DNA of 64,000 nucleotides from contig OZ281494.1 of assembly GCA_965637545.1 (NCBI GenBank), positions 7,874,001-7,938,000 on the forward strand, given 5' to 3'. The DNA comes from Phallusia mammillata. Lineage: Eukaryota. Positions within the stretch are counted from its first letter, which is position 1. Each line of letters begins with the position of its first letter. The position numbers were made by a program, and so were the translations under genes. Shown here one piece after another: positions 51,001 through 61,924 of the stretch. The notes beneath the pieces were generated by a model. It saw only the letters and a list, made by a program, of their open reading frames with translations, was not told the DNA's origin and did not search any database.

Positions 51001-53314
51001 AGTAGTGGACAAATGAGGCAAAATACAGAAGTTGATGAGAAAAATGTACCACTACTAGATGAAAGTCATCAGAATACCAGTGGCTCAACAACACAGGAAA
51101 ATACCCAGAATGCAGGTAGCTCACAATTGCCCGAACAAACTCAAAATAGAAGTAGCTTACAAATGGGGAAAAGTACACAAGTTGATGAGGAAAATGTACC
51201 ACACGAAATTCAACAGAATACTAATAACTTTACAATGCAAGATTCCCAAAATACAAGTACCTCACAAATAGAGGAAAATACTGTCATTGTTCAAAACATA
51301 TCCCCTACCCAGCTTGAGGTCGCACCTTCAAACGAAACTGTAGCGAAAGAACCTGTTTCCAAAACTATCACCAAGGATGTTTTTTCGACGAAAAATTGTG
51401 AAATTTCTATGGGTAAGTTGACAAAACAGGGTGTACTTTTAAACATCCACTGCAAGGTCAAACTGTGTCTAACTGTGCACAGTCTAAAAAACAATATATT
51501 ATAACACATAGGAAAACTAATGTTTTTTTCGACAAAAGCACACAAGCATATGTGTAAGTCTATTAATTAAAGTATCTTCCTTCATTGTGATTATTGATGT
51601 AATAAACAAAACTGACATTGTTTCATAAAAACAATTGCAAATAAGTAAATTGGGTTAAAAGTTGGCCTAGATTTCAAATTAGAAAACAGCACCAAGGATA
51701 TTTTAAAGAAAAAAAAATTAACAAAATCTCAATTGTGTCCTGTTTTTTTAGTGAAAAACGTTCTGACAAGTATTCCACAAAAACATAAAAGTATTTTCCT
51801 TGAACAAAAGCATGCTGATGCTCTAGCTAGAAATCTGGACATATCAGAGATTGATTGTGCAAATTTACGCAGAAAAAATGAAGGTAAGCATTTTGAGTAC
51901 ATTGTTTCTTTTAAATCTCTACTTCAAATGCATTATTTTGGATTATAAAGCTGATACTTGTTGGTACATTGTAAATACTGTACACTGTGAATAACCTGTA
52001 CAATTATACCCAATTACAATTGGTGAAAAGTAAACCTACACCTGAGCTGTCATGAGATGCACATAGTATTTATACGAACAAAGAGTTGCTAAAACAAATT
52101 GTTTCTGGAAAAAAATAGGGCAGGTGATATGTCATGACTCCTTTAGGTGCAAAAAAGTGTTTAAAAACGTTTGTTTTATTTCGTATGAAAATTTTATTTT
52201 TCCATCATCCTTATTTTGGGGTCCATGTCGATGGCAACCATGATTATAGAACAGGGACATTCAAATACTGCAAATTTTGCTAAGTGTCGCCTGTGAACAT
52301 TTTCTGCATGCGATGTTTGACTCACATTGCATAAACAATGGATTCTGTTTAATAAAGATAAGTTATACATCTTCAAGTGCAGGTCAATAGGTAACCAGTA
52401 AGGGTTAACAATGCCAGTTCATCTTAATTAGTGATGGGACGATACCAGGTTATGAAGCGAGTACCGATACCGAGTACGAGTACCACATGTATATACCTTC
52501 GATACCGAGTACCGAGTACGATTACCGAGTACTTAAGTGTAGTGTTGTACTTAGTTGTATATCACTGGCTAATTTTTTTGCCGTGGTCGGGGTGCAGGCG
52601 TGCACACACACATGCCGAAAAATGTAATCTCCACATGATAGCGAAAATGATATACGTAACCTGGCGGAACCTTTTTCCTGATTTTGTGCTGTCCGAAGCA
52701 AATATAGGCCAAAAGTTGCCCGTATTCTTATGGTGTAAATCGGCCTTCGGTACTCGCACGTTGGTATCGAAAACTGAGACAAAATATTTCGATACCGAGT
52801 ACGAGTATCGATACCACTGAAATCGCTCGATACCATCGATACCGATTACCGAGTACCCGTCCCATCACTAATCTTAATGGCAACATGAATATGCAGAGTT
52901 GCAAAGACTAAAATTTAGTTGTCAGTAACAGAGTGTTTGCAGATGTAAACCTAAGAAACACTATTTTGGTGGCAAAACACTAAATCGTTTAGATTAGTAA
53001 CTGCAGTCTTTAGTAAAGGGATTTCTTCCTTTTTTCACCCTGCCAAGTACTTTTTAAACATCTATTTGACCCTTAATGACGCCAGTTTTTGGGCCACTAT
53101 GTGACACTTCTATACCAGTGTACTAAACATATACAACTTTTATAAAAAAACAGAAAACATCATTCAACATTTTGTGGAGATTGTGACATTTGTTCATAAC
53201 CGAGATGGAAATCAATTTACAGCCAAAATATTCCTTGACAAACTGAAGGATGCAGAGCTGCTTTTGTTATCAGAAACAATTGAAGAAGAATTAAAAAGTC
53301 AGCTGCCTAAGTAA
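48031..53314 (+). CDS. g7: TNFR-like death-domain receptor with ~600-aa repetitive cytoplasmic linker, closest paralog of g6 (~904 aa, 9 exons)
   Basis: Exons 48031-48072, 48133-48278, 48592-48729, 48855-48937, 48998-49122, 49391-49461, 49596-51412, 51752-51883 (132 nt), 53154-53314; 2715 nt in frame. CRD DPCMHL..HCCGCPPGFYLQTVC|..FNSTVCVKCKDGTY..HDKREC; TM LLAGIPLGMILGMSLLLLIIQY. The 560-aa ORF-track hit 49822-51504 is the repeat exon. Confidence 0.86.
49840..51290 (+). repeat. Coding tandem repeat, 10 units of ~45-50 aa (~135-150 bp), in the g7 cytoplasmic exon
   Basis: Recurring EV(D/N/T)E(E/K)N(A/V)PLL..QQN..GSTTQ..QNAS.SQ(L/M)PEH.QNGSS(L/V)Q; indels keep the reading frame. Confidence 0.95.
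52429..52870. mobile_element. hAT MITE (TAGTGATG-type TIR) in the last intron of g7
   Basis: TIR TAGTGATGGGACG / CGTCCCATCACTA; perfect TSD ATCTTAAT; dense GTACCGA/TACCGAG subterminal repeats. Confidence 0.93.
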
Positions 53315-53974
53315 CTGTATTACACACTATATTGTGTTGTACATGAGAGTATGTACATAAAAATGTACTACTGATTGTATGCAAACTATAAAAACAGAGA
53401 ATTCAGCAAATCTCTTTATGTCTGACCTTTTAAAGGCACAATGCTAAATAAATAAACCTTGCAAAAACTTCTTTTAATTAAGTGCCAAAATTGTTTTAGC
53501 CATTGGCATTTCACAGTTCCAGTTTGTTGCACATTTAATGTTTACAGTATTACATGTAATGTCTTCCCGCATTTTTTGTACAGCTTTTTGTAAATGCCCT
53601 TTAAACAGTGCATGCAAAACTGTAAGTACTCAAAGATTTGTTGAAACAAAAAGCAATGTGATTGATTTGTGCCAAAACCTGTTGGATCAACTTTTGTATA
53701 TTATTATCTATGCAAGGTTCATGGGCCAAAAAGATTAAAAAAAATTCTTCAGTTCTATATTAGTTTATTTTGGATATTTGAAAATGCTAATGCATGTGCA
53801 TATGTGGATGTTTTGCAAATTTATTTTATTTTTTATGCTTGGCCAACACTGTGTACAGCAATAAATAATTTACTGTCTAACAGGTAAAATCAAACTAAAA
53901 TTGCATGTCTTTTTTTAAACTCTGTTTAAAAATGTGACAGTAAACTTATTTACAGTTAAATATCTGTTTCAATT

Positions 53975-54255
53975 GTTCACTGGTAATACATTGTAGTGGT
54001 AAACCACATTTTCTGAGGTAACGAATACTGTACATAGTGTTTTATGTGAACATTTAAAACTTAATGAGTTATAATAATTCACATCTGTTTACTGGTAACA
54101 CCCGTAGTAGTAAATCACCTATTTTGAGTTACCAAAACTGTACATAGTATTTTTATGTGAACATAAGTAAATAATTTGCAATATTGCACACCTGTTTGCT
54201 GGTAACACCTTGTAATGGTGAGCCACCTATGATGGGGTACCGAATATTGCAAATG
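53975..54255. repeat. Degenerate tandem repeat, ~2.5 x ~110 bp
   Basis: CTGGTAA(T/C)AC..GTAGT.GTAAA.CAC....ACTGTACATAGT.TTTTATGTGAACAT recurs. Confidence 0.75.
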
Positions 54256-54840
54256 TTTTTTTTTTCTGTAAACATCGAGTACATGATGAGTTATGTTTTT
54301 TTTCTTGAAAAAGTTTAAACTACTTTTTTTATTCATTTTTTTTTTGCTTTTATTAATTGCATTATCATTTTTAACCCCACTTAATCACCACTGCTTTAAA
54401 ATTTTGTTGTTGAGTGTTTAAAAAACGCCATCAGCAGAATTATATGTTGTGCTCGGCACACTGTACTAATGTTTAGTAGCATAGCCTTCTTTCCCAATAC
54501 AAAATTAATCATTTCCTTATATGTGATGTGAAGGAAATCCTGATTGCCTACAGTAGGATGGTTATTATGTTTTGATTAGAAGGAACCTCGGACAAAATGT
54601 GTGCATGATAATATTTGTTAGGAAACAATTAAAGCACTTCTTAACAACCTAATTTTAGTTTAACATCGCTACAGTTTTCTTTGAAAGTTATTCATGTCAA
54701 ATATTTAAAGTTATTAAGTAAACTATTGAGTTCAAAGGTTGATTGCCGTATTCAGAAGGTATTTGTGTTTGTGACATATTGAATTGAGTGAGGAATGTGG
54801 AAAACAAAACTTTGCACACAAAAGACTTTCATTCCCTAGG

Positions 54841-54850
54841 GGGACTTTCC
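54841..54850 (+). promoter_or_regulatory. Canonical NF-kB site GGGACTTTCC ~1 kb upstream of the g8 ATG
   Basis: Exact match to the classical kB decamer; function not shown. Confidence 0.35.
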
Positions 54851-54944
54851 CCCAAAATATTTCCCTGTACGCCATGTATCTGCCAATAGTGAGTCAGCGA
54901 GTTAACAGCTTTTTTGTGACAGAAGTTTTAAATTGAATAATTTG

Positions 54945-55105
54945 TTTAGTTGTCTGATCAAGTAAGATTGATTTTTGAGCAATCCCAGACGTGTCACAAA
55001 CATTGTAGATCTACGATGACGACGAGTCTTCTTTGGCAGACAAATGTGGCAAGTCAGAGCAAGTTTACAAATAGATATGGTGTTTGATTTTCAGAACTCG
55101 TTCCG
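54945..55105 (+). repeat. Dispersed repeat, copy 1 (copy 2 at ~58955-59090)
   Basis: Shared CAAGTAAGATTGATTTTTGAGC.ATCCCAGACGTGTCAC...CAGAGCAAGTTTACAAA..AGAT..GGTGTT.GATTTTCAGAACTCG. Confidence 0.85.
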
Positions 55106-55212
55106 TATAACTGGTAATTCTTGAATCCAGTGCATATATCTGAATCTAAATATTACGCTTCGTCAGTAAAACGTTCTACAGTACGTTTTTGGAGCTACTG
55201 CATAGTTTTGCC

Positions 55213-55634
55213 CAGGGGTGTGCAACAGGCGGCCTGCGAGCCACGGTCCGGTCCGCCAAGCTTTTTAGTGTGACCCTCACCAACACCGTGATTCAGAGAA
55301 AAAACTTCATTCTTCTGAGAATTTAGCAAAATTTTCCACTAGTTTTTGGTAAATCTCATAAGTTGCTATACTATACGTAACAAACACAAGCTAAACCACC
55401 GTTTTCCAACCGGTGGGCTATACAGCAGTTCACCGATTGTGTCGTAAAAAATACCCTTGTCTAGTAAACAATTATTTTGTTGTGAAAGTCAATGTTGCGG
55501 CGAAACTCTGTATGTTGTAGAAAATAAATGTAATAATGCAAATTTATTGTGCACATGAAAAAAATTGTGTGGCCCTAGCTTGATGTCCGAAATTGGTTAT
55601 ATGGCCAACCGACGAAAAATGTTGCACACTCGGG
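55213..55634. mobile_element. Degenerate Charlie-like MITE ~200 bp upstream of the g8 ATG
   Basis: CAGGGGTGTGCAAC / GTTGCACACTCGGG; TSD only partly matching. Confidence 0.65.
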
Positions 55635-55839
55635 GTTTAGGTAAACAAGGCGTCTAGTTGCACTGCGGCAAGCTAACTAGTTGCACCATTGGCAAATATT
55701 ACGAGTTAACGGCAGAAATACATCCAGGTTATTATAAGGGGACAACAAACAGGTAGGTCCCCTCTAAGATATATATTTTCAGCATTACTGATGAAAACAA
55801 ACTTCTGGCAGACATATGTTAAGGTACAATTAACGTTTG

Positions 55840-58800
55840 ATGATGTTGATGTTTCTGCTTTTCGGCTTGACATTGGGACATCCTTTAAAGGCAAGTTTAA
55901 ATGTTGTTTGAGTAACTACGGTTGATGTTGTTTGAGTAAATTACGGTTTACAAGGTTTTCCAACGTGTCATGTACAGTCAAACGTAAAACAACCGTTATT
56001 GTAACAAACCTAATTGCTGTTTTAAAGTTATTTTGAACTCTAACGTCAATTGTATTGCAAAAGGTTGTCTTTGCTTCTTCACACGACAGTGTAAAGGTAA
56101 ACGGTTTCCTTTACGTTTGATGCAGACTCACATTGTTGACCCATGTCCCCACTTGGAAGTAAAAGGTTCTGGAAGAAAACTGGTTGAAATGGGTGAGAAT
56201 GGATTTGAACATCACTGCTGCGGTTGTTCGGCCGGGTTTAGGCTGGTCTTAAGTTGCGTGTAAGTTGTACAATGGTAAATATTAACTAGAAGTTTCGTCG
56301 TTAAGGTTAAGCGAGATCAAACCTGTTAGAAAGGCAAACACCTGAAAAGTTTCTGAAGAGTGTTAGTAGGTACTGACGTTAAGTACAAACAAGATGATGC
56401 TGTTTGCGTGAGAAAATCATTTAAAACACAAAACAAAGAACAGCAGCTTTTGTTCATGCTACAAAATGTTGTAATTCGGGTCGAGTCAGGCCAAAATGGC
56501 TTGAAACTTAAACACCATTTGTATCAAGTTTTTCGAAACTTGTCCACTAAAGTAAATTTAAAACAGTGGTTCTTAACCGGCTGAAGAATTCCGTAGGGGT
56601 TCGGCGGTGATAAAAAGGTTAAGAACCGCCGATTTAAAACGATGAAAGTGATTTGGCAGCAAGTTATTTTGTTAAAACTGCGACTAAACGTCAAAGAACA
56701 GAGAATTGTAGTTGTTGTTTCACCTCAAATATCAATTATCATACAGACCGCTAAAGTTTAATACAACGGAATGTGAACCGTGTGCAAAGGGAACGTATAT
56801 CTTCGAGGAATCTCACAATAAAAGAAAATGCGAGGTTGATACACGACCGACGACAACCGAAGAACCCACTTCACCAAAAACCACCAAATATACTGATACC
56901 ACTACCGTTACATCAACCGTGGTGACAACAACCTACCACACAAAACTTTTAAGGTATATGCTAAACATGATTGTGTATTTCTCTTTGCCTAGATCACAGG
57001 TGGGGACCTGCGGCCGAAAGGCCACATGCGGCCTTTAGGTTCACAAGGAGCGATTTCTGTGGGCCTACCAAGAGCTCGTGGCTCTCAAAAACTCTCAACA
57101 ATCTTACTTGTGTAACAAAGAAAACAGTTGTTTGCGCATAATGTAATGTTTAAGACTTGTCTGCAATGTCACAAGCTTCCCTCAGATATGTATAAACAAG
57201 CACATCTACAAGTGAAATAAATGTTGTAGTGAAGGTGGAAATGTAGTGGGAAGTTTATTTACCTTTATTCATCATAGGCCGTAATTACCACGACTGCAAG
57301 AGAAAATTACACAACGGACATTCCGTAAATCAAAAAGTTTAAACACCACTCTCCTAGGCCTGGAAAATAGTCTATGCGGCCTACACGAGTGTCGATTAAA
57401 CGTTGAGTGGCCTTTATGAACAAAAAGGTTCCCCACCCTTGGCCTAGATTATTCTCCCATGAACTTGCTCCGTGCACAATTTTTGGTCCGAAAGTTTGTG
57501 TTCCATCCGGTGATGAATTAGAAACATTGATGGGTTATCAGGTTTTTCAGAGAAAAGGTAGAAAAATAATCATCGTTCTAACATGTTTAACATTGTCTCG
57601 AGCATTCAATAAAATAAATAACAGAATTCAAAAGATTCCAAAACAGTAATTTATGATTTTCTACAATACGATTCGCGCACATGAAGTCCGTACAAATATG
57701 TGACCACGGTGTGTCCTTTGAAATAGGCTATGCGTTTTGTTAAAGACATTTTTTCGGAAAGTGAACTACATTTTAGGTAGAATTTCGGTACAGGCTGGAG
57801 CAACTTGCGACATTTAATTACTTGTTCAACAAATAAGACAGTGAAATCCCTACAGATGATTTGACTATAACATAGTGAAAAAAGCTTTACCGAAATAAAA
57901 AGATAACTCGAGCACAAACTTTGTCTTAGGCCAACAAAACAACCTAGAGTCCAACACAGGGGAGTACAACCACTCACATTTGCGACGCCACAAAGCACGT
58001 CCAAGGAAGGTAAGGGAACATAAACAAACAAACAATAATGGTACAGAGAGCTTTTTACACGTTTTTTTAAGATTAAAGTAGGACAAAAGTGAATTTAACT
58101 TGATTGCATGTCTGTGATTTGTTGGTCGTATTTCTGACAACTGTTTATCACGTACAGGTGACCCATACGCAGTAGTTGTTGCGATGATCTCCTTGGTATC
58201 CATAATATGTTTAGCCCTAATGGTTCTCGTCATCCTGCTGTACAAACGAAACAAAGAGTTACAGGTATCTCAAAAACGTTTTTCCGTTCTCGCAAATGTA
58301 GCAAATCGAGCCTGTACCTTTTTACTGTATGGTGATGCATTGTGTGTAATCTTGGACACCAAGCATTCACATATATGACAAGGCATAGGCTAGAAAAAAT
58401 CTAGCCTACGGTGGAATTCGTACCCAGCACGACAGGATCCTATCCCCGATTTGTGAATTTATGTTCATCTTAACATATTTAAAAGGAAAACGTTTGTAAC
58501 AATGCGTTTTGCTGGCACAGAACAAACGCAACCGGGCTCCTGCCGCCACATACACGGCGGACCAAAATACACCTTTAAAATCACCATTAGCAGCCAGCGA
58601 TGCAGAGATTCAAGAGAGCGAATTTGGTAGCACGGAATCCTCCAAATATCGAGGCAAAACTGTGGTGGAAGACCAAGGGTTAGTTTTGGTATAATTCTAA
58701 AACATTTTTGTCTATTATAGAAAACTATAAAACATGCATACGGTATATGATAGATCATATGATACATTGGGTTTACCATTAACAGCAAAGTGTTCAAAAT

Positions 58801-61536
58801 CAACGACACATGCAATAGGCGTATCGTGATATGCGATACGTGGCAGTATGGTGATTGGCGAACCATTTAAATACGTCATGTTCGAAAGCTACATTTTTTA
58901 CAAGGAACAATAGAAAAAAAATAATTATAACTTCCGTTTTTTTTAAAATAACTCTGTTGCCTGATCATGTCAAGTAAGATTGATTTTTGAGCTATCCCAG
59001 ACGTGTCACTTAAAATATTGTAGCTCTACAACGACAAGCCAGAGCAAGTTTACAAAATAGATAAGGTGTTCGATTTTCAGAACTCGCCCCATGTTAATGG
59101 TAATATCAGTGCATTTTTTTACATTTGTATTTGCCTCAACACCGTATTTGTGAAAATCATTTTCGGTAAATGAGAAAATGTTGAATAATCTGCATTTGAT
59201 TTTATCACCCCTATAAATATAAATTGCAGTTTGTTTTATCACATGTATTGCTTTACAGTGCGACTTCGCAGCCTTTACTACATTCTAGGAACAACTCAAA
59301 CGGCTTAAGGTACTTTCGGAGATCATCATCACCGCTTTTTAGACGCCTCTAATATGTTCCTTTGTCTTTCAGAATCGACATAGTAAAGGCACAAAAAGGC
59401 TTTGTAATGGACGAGGTAGGCAATTATTTTAACCAAAATGCTTTGAAAAACCCCAATAGCAAAGAAGACTAAAACTCAACCAAATCTATGACATCCGAAC
59501 CTAGATTTTCCTTCAAAAGTTAACCTTACTTATAAAATACTACGAATGTGACTGAGTATAGTAACCAAATCACATGGTAGAGTGTTCAATATTTGACAAA
59601 ACTTTAAAAGTATTGGTCGGCGCTGCACAAACGCAAATCATTAAAAAAATGTCCAAAATTGAATATTTATCGACAAAAAAGTATCTCAGTAACTAGCGAG
59701 TGTAACCACTACCATCCAAAATATTGATAAATCAACTGCAAACTCCACCACTGCTATTTTTCGAAGAGTGGTTACTGCCTTACAAAACAATGTACAACAT
59801 CCGTCCCAAATATCGAACGAAAATAGTTGTTACCGCTAATGGTGGAAATATATCACCATATCAAAATAACGTGAACTTGCATACAGCTTATGTAGTTTAA
59901 ATGAAACACGATTTCTTTACAGCAACAAGAGAGTACTGCAAAGTTTTTAAGTCCTGGAGAAGAGGAACACACAACCGAGCCCGTGTCACCGGTTAGTGAA
60001 CAAGAAGAACCTACTGAGTCCGATGAAACAAAGACCAAACGTGAAATTCACATCGATGCAGAACCGCGATGTTCAAGCCACTACTATGCCGACAGTACGG
60101 ACATCCACCAAACCAACGAACAAGAATACTCAGCGCAGAGTAAGTAGAGCAAAAAAGAAGCAATAATTCCACTAAAAAGTTTGCCGGATCATGGGAAACA
60201 GCGCTGGCGTTCCAGTTTTCAGCGAGTTTCAAGTTTTGACCAGCAGAACCTGCGGGTTCAACAACCGTTTCAAGCAACTGGCCGCACCCCGTTAGATTTG
60301 AGCGGTCGGTTGCGAACCTAAATTTAAATACCAGGGCACTTAGGTCAATAACCCATGTCTTTTGGGGTCCTTGCTGTTGAACGAAATTGTTAAAAATGAC
60401 AAATTTGATGCAGAGGCATTACAAACAAATTGACTTGATTTGAGTTCCAGCAACTAACCAATGTTCTAGTTAATTCATCGGGTTAAAAATCAATTTGGGT
60501 TCGTACGATGCCGAAAAAATAACAGTAAACACGTAAAAAACGTCGTTCAGCGATGTAAACAAAAAAGCAATAATAGTACCGGATTTGATGTAGACATCCT
60601 ATACTATAGTTTAGAATACAAAGGTGAACGATCTTATGTTTAGGAAAATTACAAGTTAAACCGTATACTAATACAAACGCACACTTACTAGTAGAACTTG
60701 ATTTTGTGCAGTGGCGATTATAAAAGACTTCTTTTCCAATCTTACAATTCTACAACCTGATGTGGTTTTTAACGACGACATGGTGATGCAATTTGGCCGC
60801 AACTTTAATGTGGGAGAATATATGTTGACGCAGCTGAGGAATAATAAAAGTAAGTCATGAAAAAATCATGTCATAAATAGTACTAACAGATATGCTATAT
60901 GTTGGTTTGTAAACAATGTTTAAAGTAGGTATATTCAACCAGAGTTGTAAGTCGAGCTGGGTTCGAGCTCAGTTTTTTTAAGAAACGGGCTTGATTCGGA
61001 CCTGACTTCAAATTCTGTGTCCGTACTTTTTCAGACAAACTTACCCAGCTAAGTAGCTAGTTGGTAGACTTAATCAAATGCCCAACAGTGCTCAAACGCC
61101 GTGTTTATTTATATGCTATACATTAGTGGCCCTTTTTTGAGCTTAAATGTACAGGCAGGTTAATCAAACTTTCGGGCCTGAACGGCCGTCTCAAAAACGA
61201 TTCGCTTTGGACCGACCTTGTATTTTAAGGTTAGGGCGTGGTTTAGACTTCGAGCAGCTTATAACTCTGTGTTAAACAGAACTATTCATTAAATGTTAGG
61301 ATCAGATTAAAAAATATATCACCCATAAAGGAGAATGAAACTTTGTTCTGTTTTTTTTGTAAGGTTCAACAGGCGAATTTCTTATTCAAACATTTCTTCA
61401 AATTCGCAACATAAAAGGAAGTGCTTTGAAGTCAACCGACATCGTATCTTATTTCAAACAAAATCACCACGTCCTGCTTGCCCAGGAGTTGGAAACTAAA
61501 CTGTCAGAAACACAGAAAATAAAAACAAACAACTAA
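55840..61536 (+). CDS. g8: TNFR-like death-domain receptor (~452-463 aa); first intron GC-AG
   Basis: Exons 55840-55890, [56064-56096], 56126-56259, 56747-56953, 57930-58009, 58158-58264, 58521-58678, 59259-59309, 59373-59415, 59923-60139, 60712-60849, 61364-61536; phases chain. Signal MMLMFLLFGLTLGHPLK; CRD DPCPHL..HCCGCSAGFRLVLSC|..FNTTECEPCAKGTY..H..C; TM YAVVVAMISLVSIICLALMVLVILLY. The two small linker exons near 59.3 kb are less certain. Confidence 0.8.
56564..56631. mobile_element. 68-bp minimal hAT element
   Basis: CAGTGGTTCTTAACC / GGTTAAGAACCGCCG; perfect TSD ATTTAAAA. Confidence 0.85.
56995..57441. mobile_element. hAT/Charlie MITE in a g8 intron
   Basis: CACAGGTGGGGACCT / AGGTTCCCCACCCTTG; perfect TSD GCCTAGAT. 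Confidence 0.88.
60940..61269. mobile_element. hAT-type MITE in the last intron of g8
   Basis: TIR CAGAGTTGTAAG / CTTATAACTCTG; 6/8 TSD TATTCAAC / TGTTAAAC. Confidence 0.7.
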
Positions 61537-61924
61537 ATGGCAAATACACGTAGAAGTGCGTGTTGCGTTGTACATTCGAGATTGCTGGGTGCAAAGGGAA
61601 GTTTCTTGTAATATGATTTGTCGCATTTATTCAGAACAGTGCACTTTTTGTTTTGATTTTTGTGTTTTTGTTTATAGTTGTATTTACATTTGGGTCCGGG
61701 CTTGCGAATTTGTAGTGAATGGTCCAGTGAAAATGTGCCAAATACAAATAAATAACGCATTCATATTTACATGTTTGGGTTTTTGAAGAGAATCGTGTGT
61801 AGTTTGTCGTTGTGACTTCTAACAGTCCCGAAACCAACTAAAGATATATGATAGGCGTTTGGTCTACATGGCGGTAAACTTTCTTTCGACATTACTGAGA
61901 CATAGTTAGTGGGTAGAGCTACAA

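Noticed and set aside
49784-51202. Minus-strand ORFs 49784-49969, 50177-50473, 50744-51202 and shifted plus ORFs 50666-50950, 51059-51271
   Set aside because: Shadows of the g7 coding repeat; no independent splice or domain evidence.
52431-52836. ORFs on both strands
   Set aside because: Lie wholly inside a TIR/TSD-bounded MITE made of short repeats.
6855-55840. Polycistronic (operon) transcription of the array
   Set aside because: Intergenic gaps are 2-9 kb and TE-rich, unlike the very short spacers typical of tunicate operons.
2357-61536. Assigning vertebrate symbols (FAS, TNFRSF1A, EDAR, NGFR)
   Set aside because: CRD number and spacing and the DD sequences match none of them convincingly by eye; orthology needs a phylogeny.
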